From Tortispora ganteri (Eukaryota), in assembly GCA_003707115.1 (NCBI GenBank), contig PPNB01000005.1:372001-436000 (forward strand): DNA of 64,000 nucleotides, in the 5' to 3' direction. Numbering within the stretch: position 1 is the stretch's first letter; each line of letters starts with the position of its first letter. Position numbers and translations under genes: made by a program. Positions 63,109-64,000 of the stretch are shown piece by piece. The notes beneath the pieces were generated by a model. The model did not search any database. It was not told where the DNA came from and saw only the letters and a program-made list of their open reading frames with translations.

Positions 63109-64000
63109 ATGAATTCGGTGCAGTTTCTGGCGGCGCAGATCAAGCGTGCTACGCTAAAGGAAGGCAATGACATTGCAACAGGCGGATCGTCAGCTGTATT
63201 GAAAGAGCCGCAGCCGGTACGCCGGAAACAGTCCACACATAATCGATCTAATTCAAGCTCTTCCAGCAGATCAGATGAATCGGAAGAGTCATTGGAATTC
63301 TCAGACGATGAGCTTGTCGATCGCCAGCAGGCTGCTGTTGCGGACGATTATGCAGATAACTATACTGAAGATTCTGACGGGCCTATGGATACGCCACCTG
63401 TTGAGTCTCTACCACGTATTTTACAGCTGTTCATGGCCCCCTTCGTGCTGATATTTAGCATCTTATCAGCACTCAAGGAAATAATATGGCCAAGCCCGCA
63501 ACGCAATCCCGCTGCCCCCTCTCCGCCTCCTGAAGAAATTGCTGCGGCTGCATCCTACGTCAAAGCTTCGTTCTCTCCTGCCGCAGTCTGGCACCCGGAG
63601 TTGCCTTCTTTGCCGCTACGACGACTGCTTAGCCCCACAAGGAAAACACTCATTCTCGACCTTGACGAGACACTAATACACTCGCTTGCCCGCGGTAACG
63701 CAATGGCATCCGGACATATGGTTGAGGTCAAGCTAGATCGTCAGCTTGCCATCCTCTATTCCGTGCATAAACGGCCGCACTGCGACGAGTTTCTTCGGGC
63801 GGTGCATTCATGGTACAATCTTGTCGTGTTCACAGCTTCTGTCAAAGCGTATGCCGACCCAGTAATAGATTTTCTCGAACAGGATCAACGCTATTTCACA
63901 AACAGATTCTATAGAAATCACTGCACACCACGTGGCGGCGGCTACATCAAAAACCTCAGCCTGGTGAGCGACGACCTCGCTCAGGCTGTCATTATAGACA
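63109..64000 (+). CDS. NEM1: Nem1 (CTDNEP1-type) HAD phosphatase; 3' end outside window
   Basis: Not in the ORF track because it is truncated. Translation from ATG 63109 gives MNSVQFL, a hydrophobic segment, then RKTLILDLDETLIHS, VHKRPHCDEFL and VFTASV..YADPVID. Confidence 0.88.
   Translation, partial: MNSVQFLAAQIKRATLKEGNDIATGGSSAVLKEPQPVRRKQSTHNRSNSSSSSRSDESEESLEFSDDELVDRQQAAVADDYADNYTEDSDGPMDTPPVESLPRILQLFMAPFVLIFSILSALKEIIWPSPQRNPAAPSPPPEEIAAAASYVKASFSPAAVWHPELPSLPLRRLLSPTRKTLILDLDETLIHSLARGNAMASGHMVEVKLDRQLAILYSVHKRPHCDEFLRAVHSWYNLVVFTASVKAYADPVIDFLEQDQRYFTNRFYRNHCTPRGGGYIKNLSLVSDDLAQAVIID

Overview
Eukaryotic, not prokaryotic. This is a very gene-dense, intron-poor budding-yeast (Saccharomycotina) chromosome segment. 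It uses the standard code: CTG falls on conserved Leu in HXK and NEO1. It holds about 37 protein-coding genes, two of them cut by the window edges, and two short GTAAGT...TACTAAC...YAG introns (HXK, PSA1). Most genes are housekeeping: mitochondrial translation (MRPL35, YML6, mtIF3, MHR1, MRPL15, MRP7), ribosome biogenesis (UTP20, UTP18, NOB1, NOP10, KAP123), sterol synthesis (ERG11, ERG7), GINS (PSF1, PSF3), and SEC16, NEO1, GPI11, TAF11, SHP1, SWA2, RTG2, NEM1 and polyubiquitin. The most notable items are: (1) a two-gene lamA/lamB-like module at the left edge, pairing a biotinylated urea-carboxylase-like protein that lacks the urea-carboxylase Asp motif with a LamB/PxpA protein, with GATA-site-rich DNA upstream of lamB; (2) a five-unit polyubiquitin with Asp32->Glu in every unit; (3) degenerate active-site motifs in RTG2 and in a secreted DPBB protein; (4) extreme convergent packing, including two stop codons that share CTAG; (5) a 13-bp GATAAG tandem array and several unexplained intergenic hairpins. 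No tRNA, rRNA, transposon or CRISPR array was recognised. All calls come from reading motifs by eye; no searches were run.
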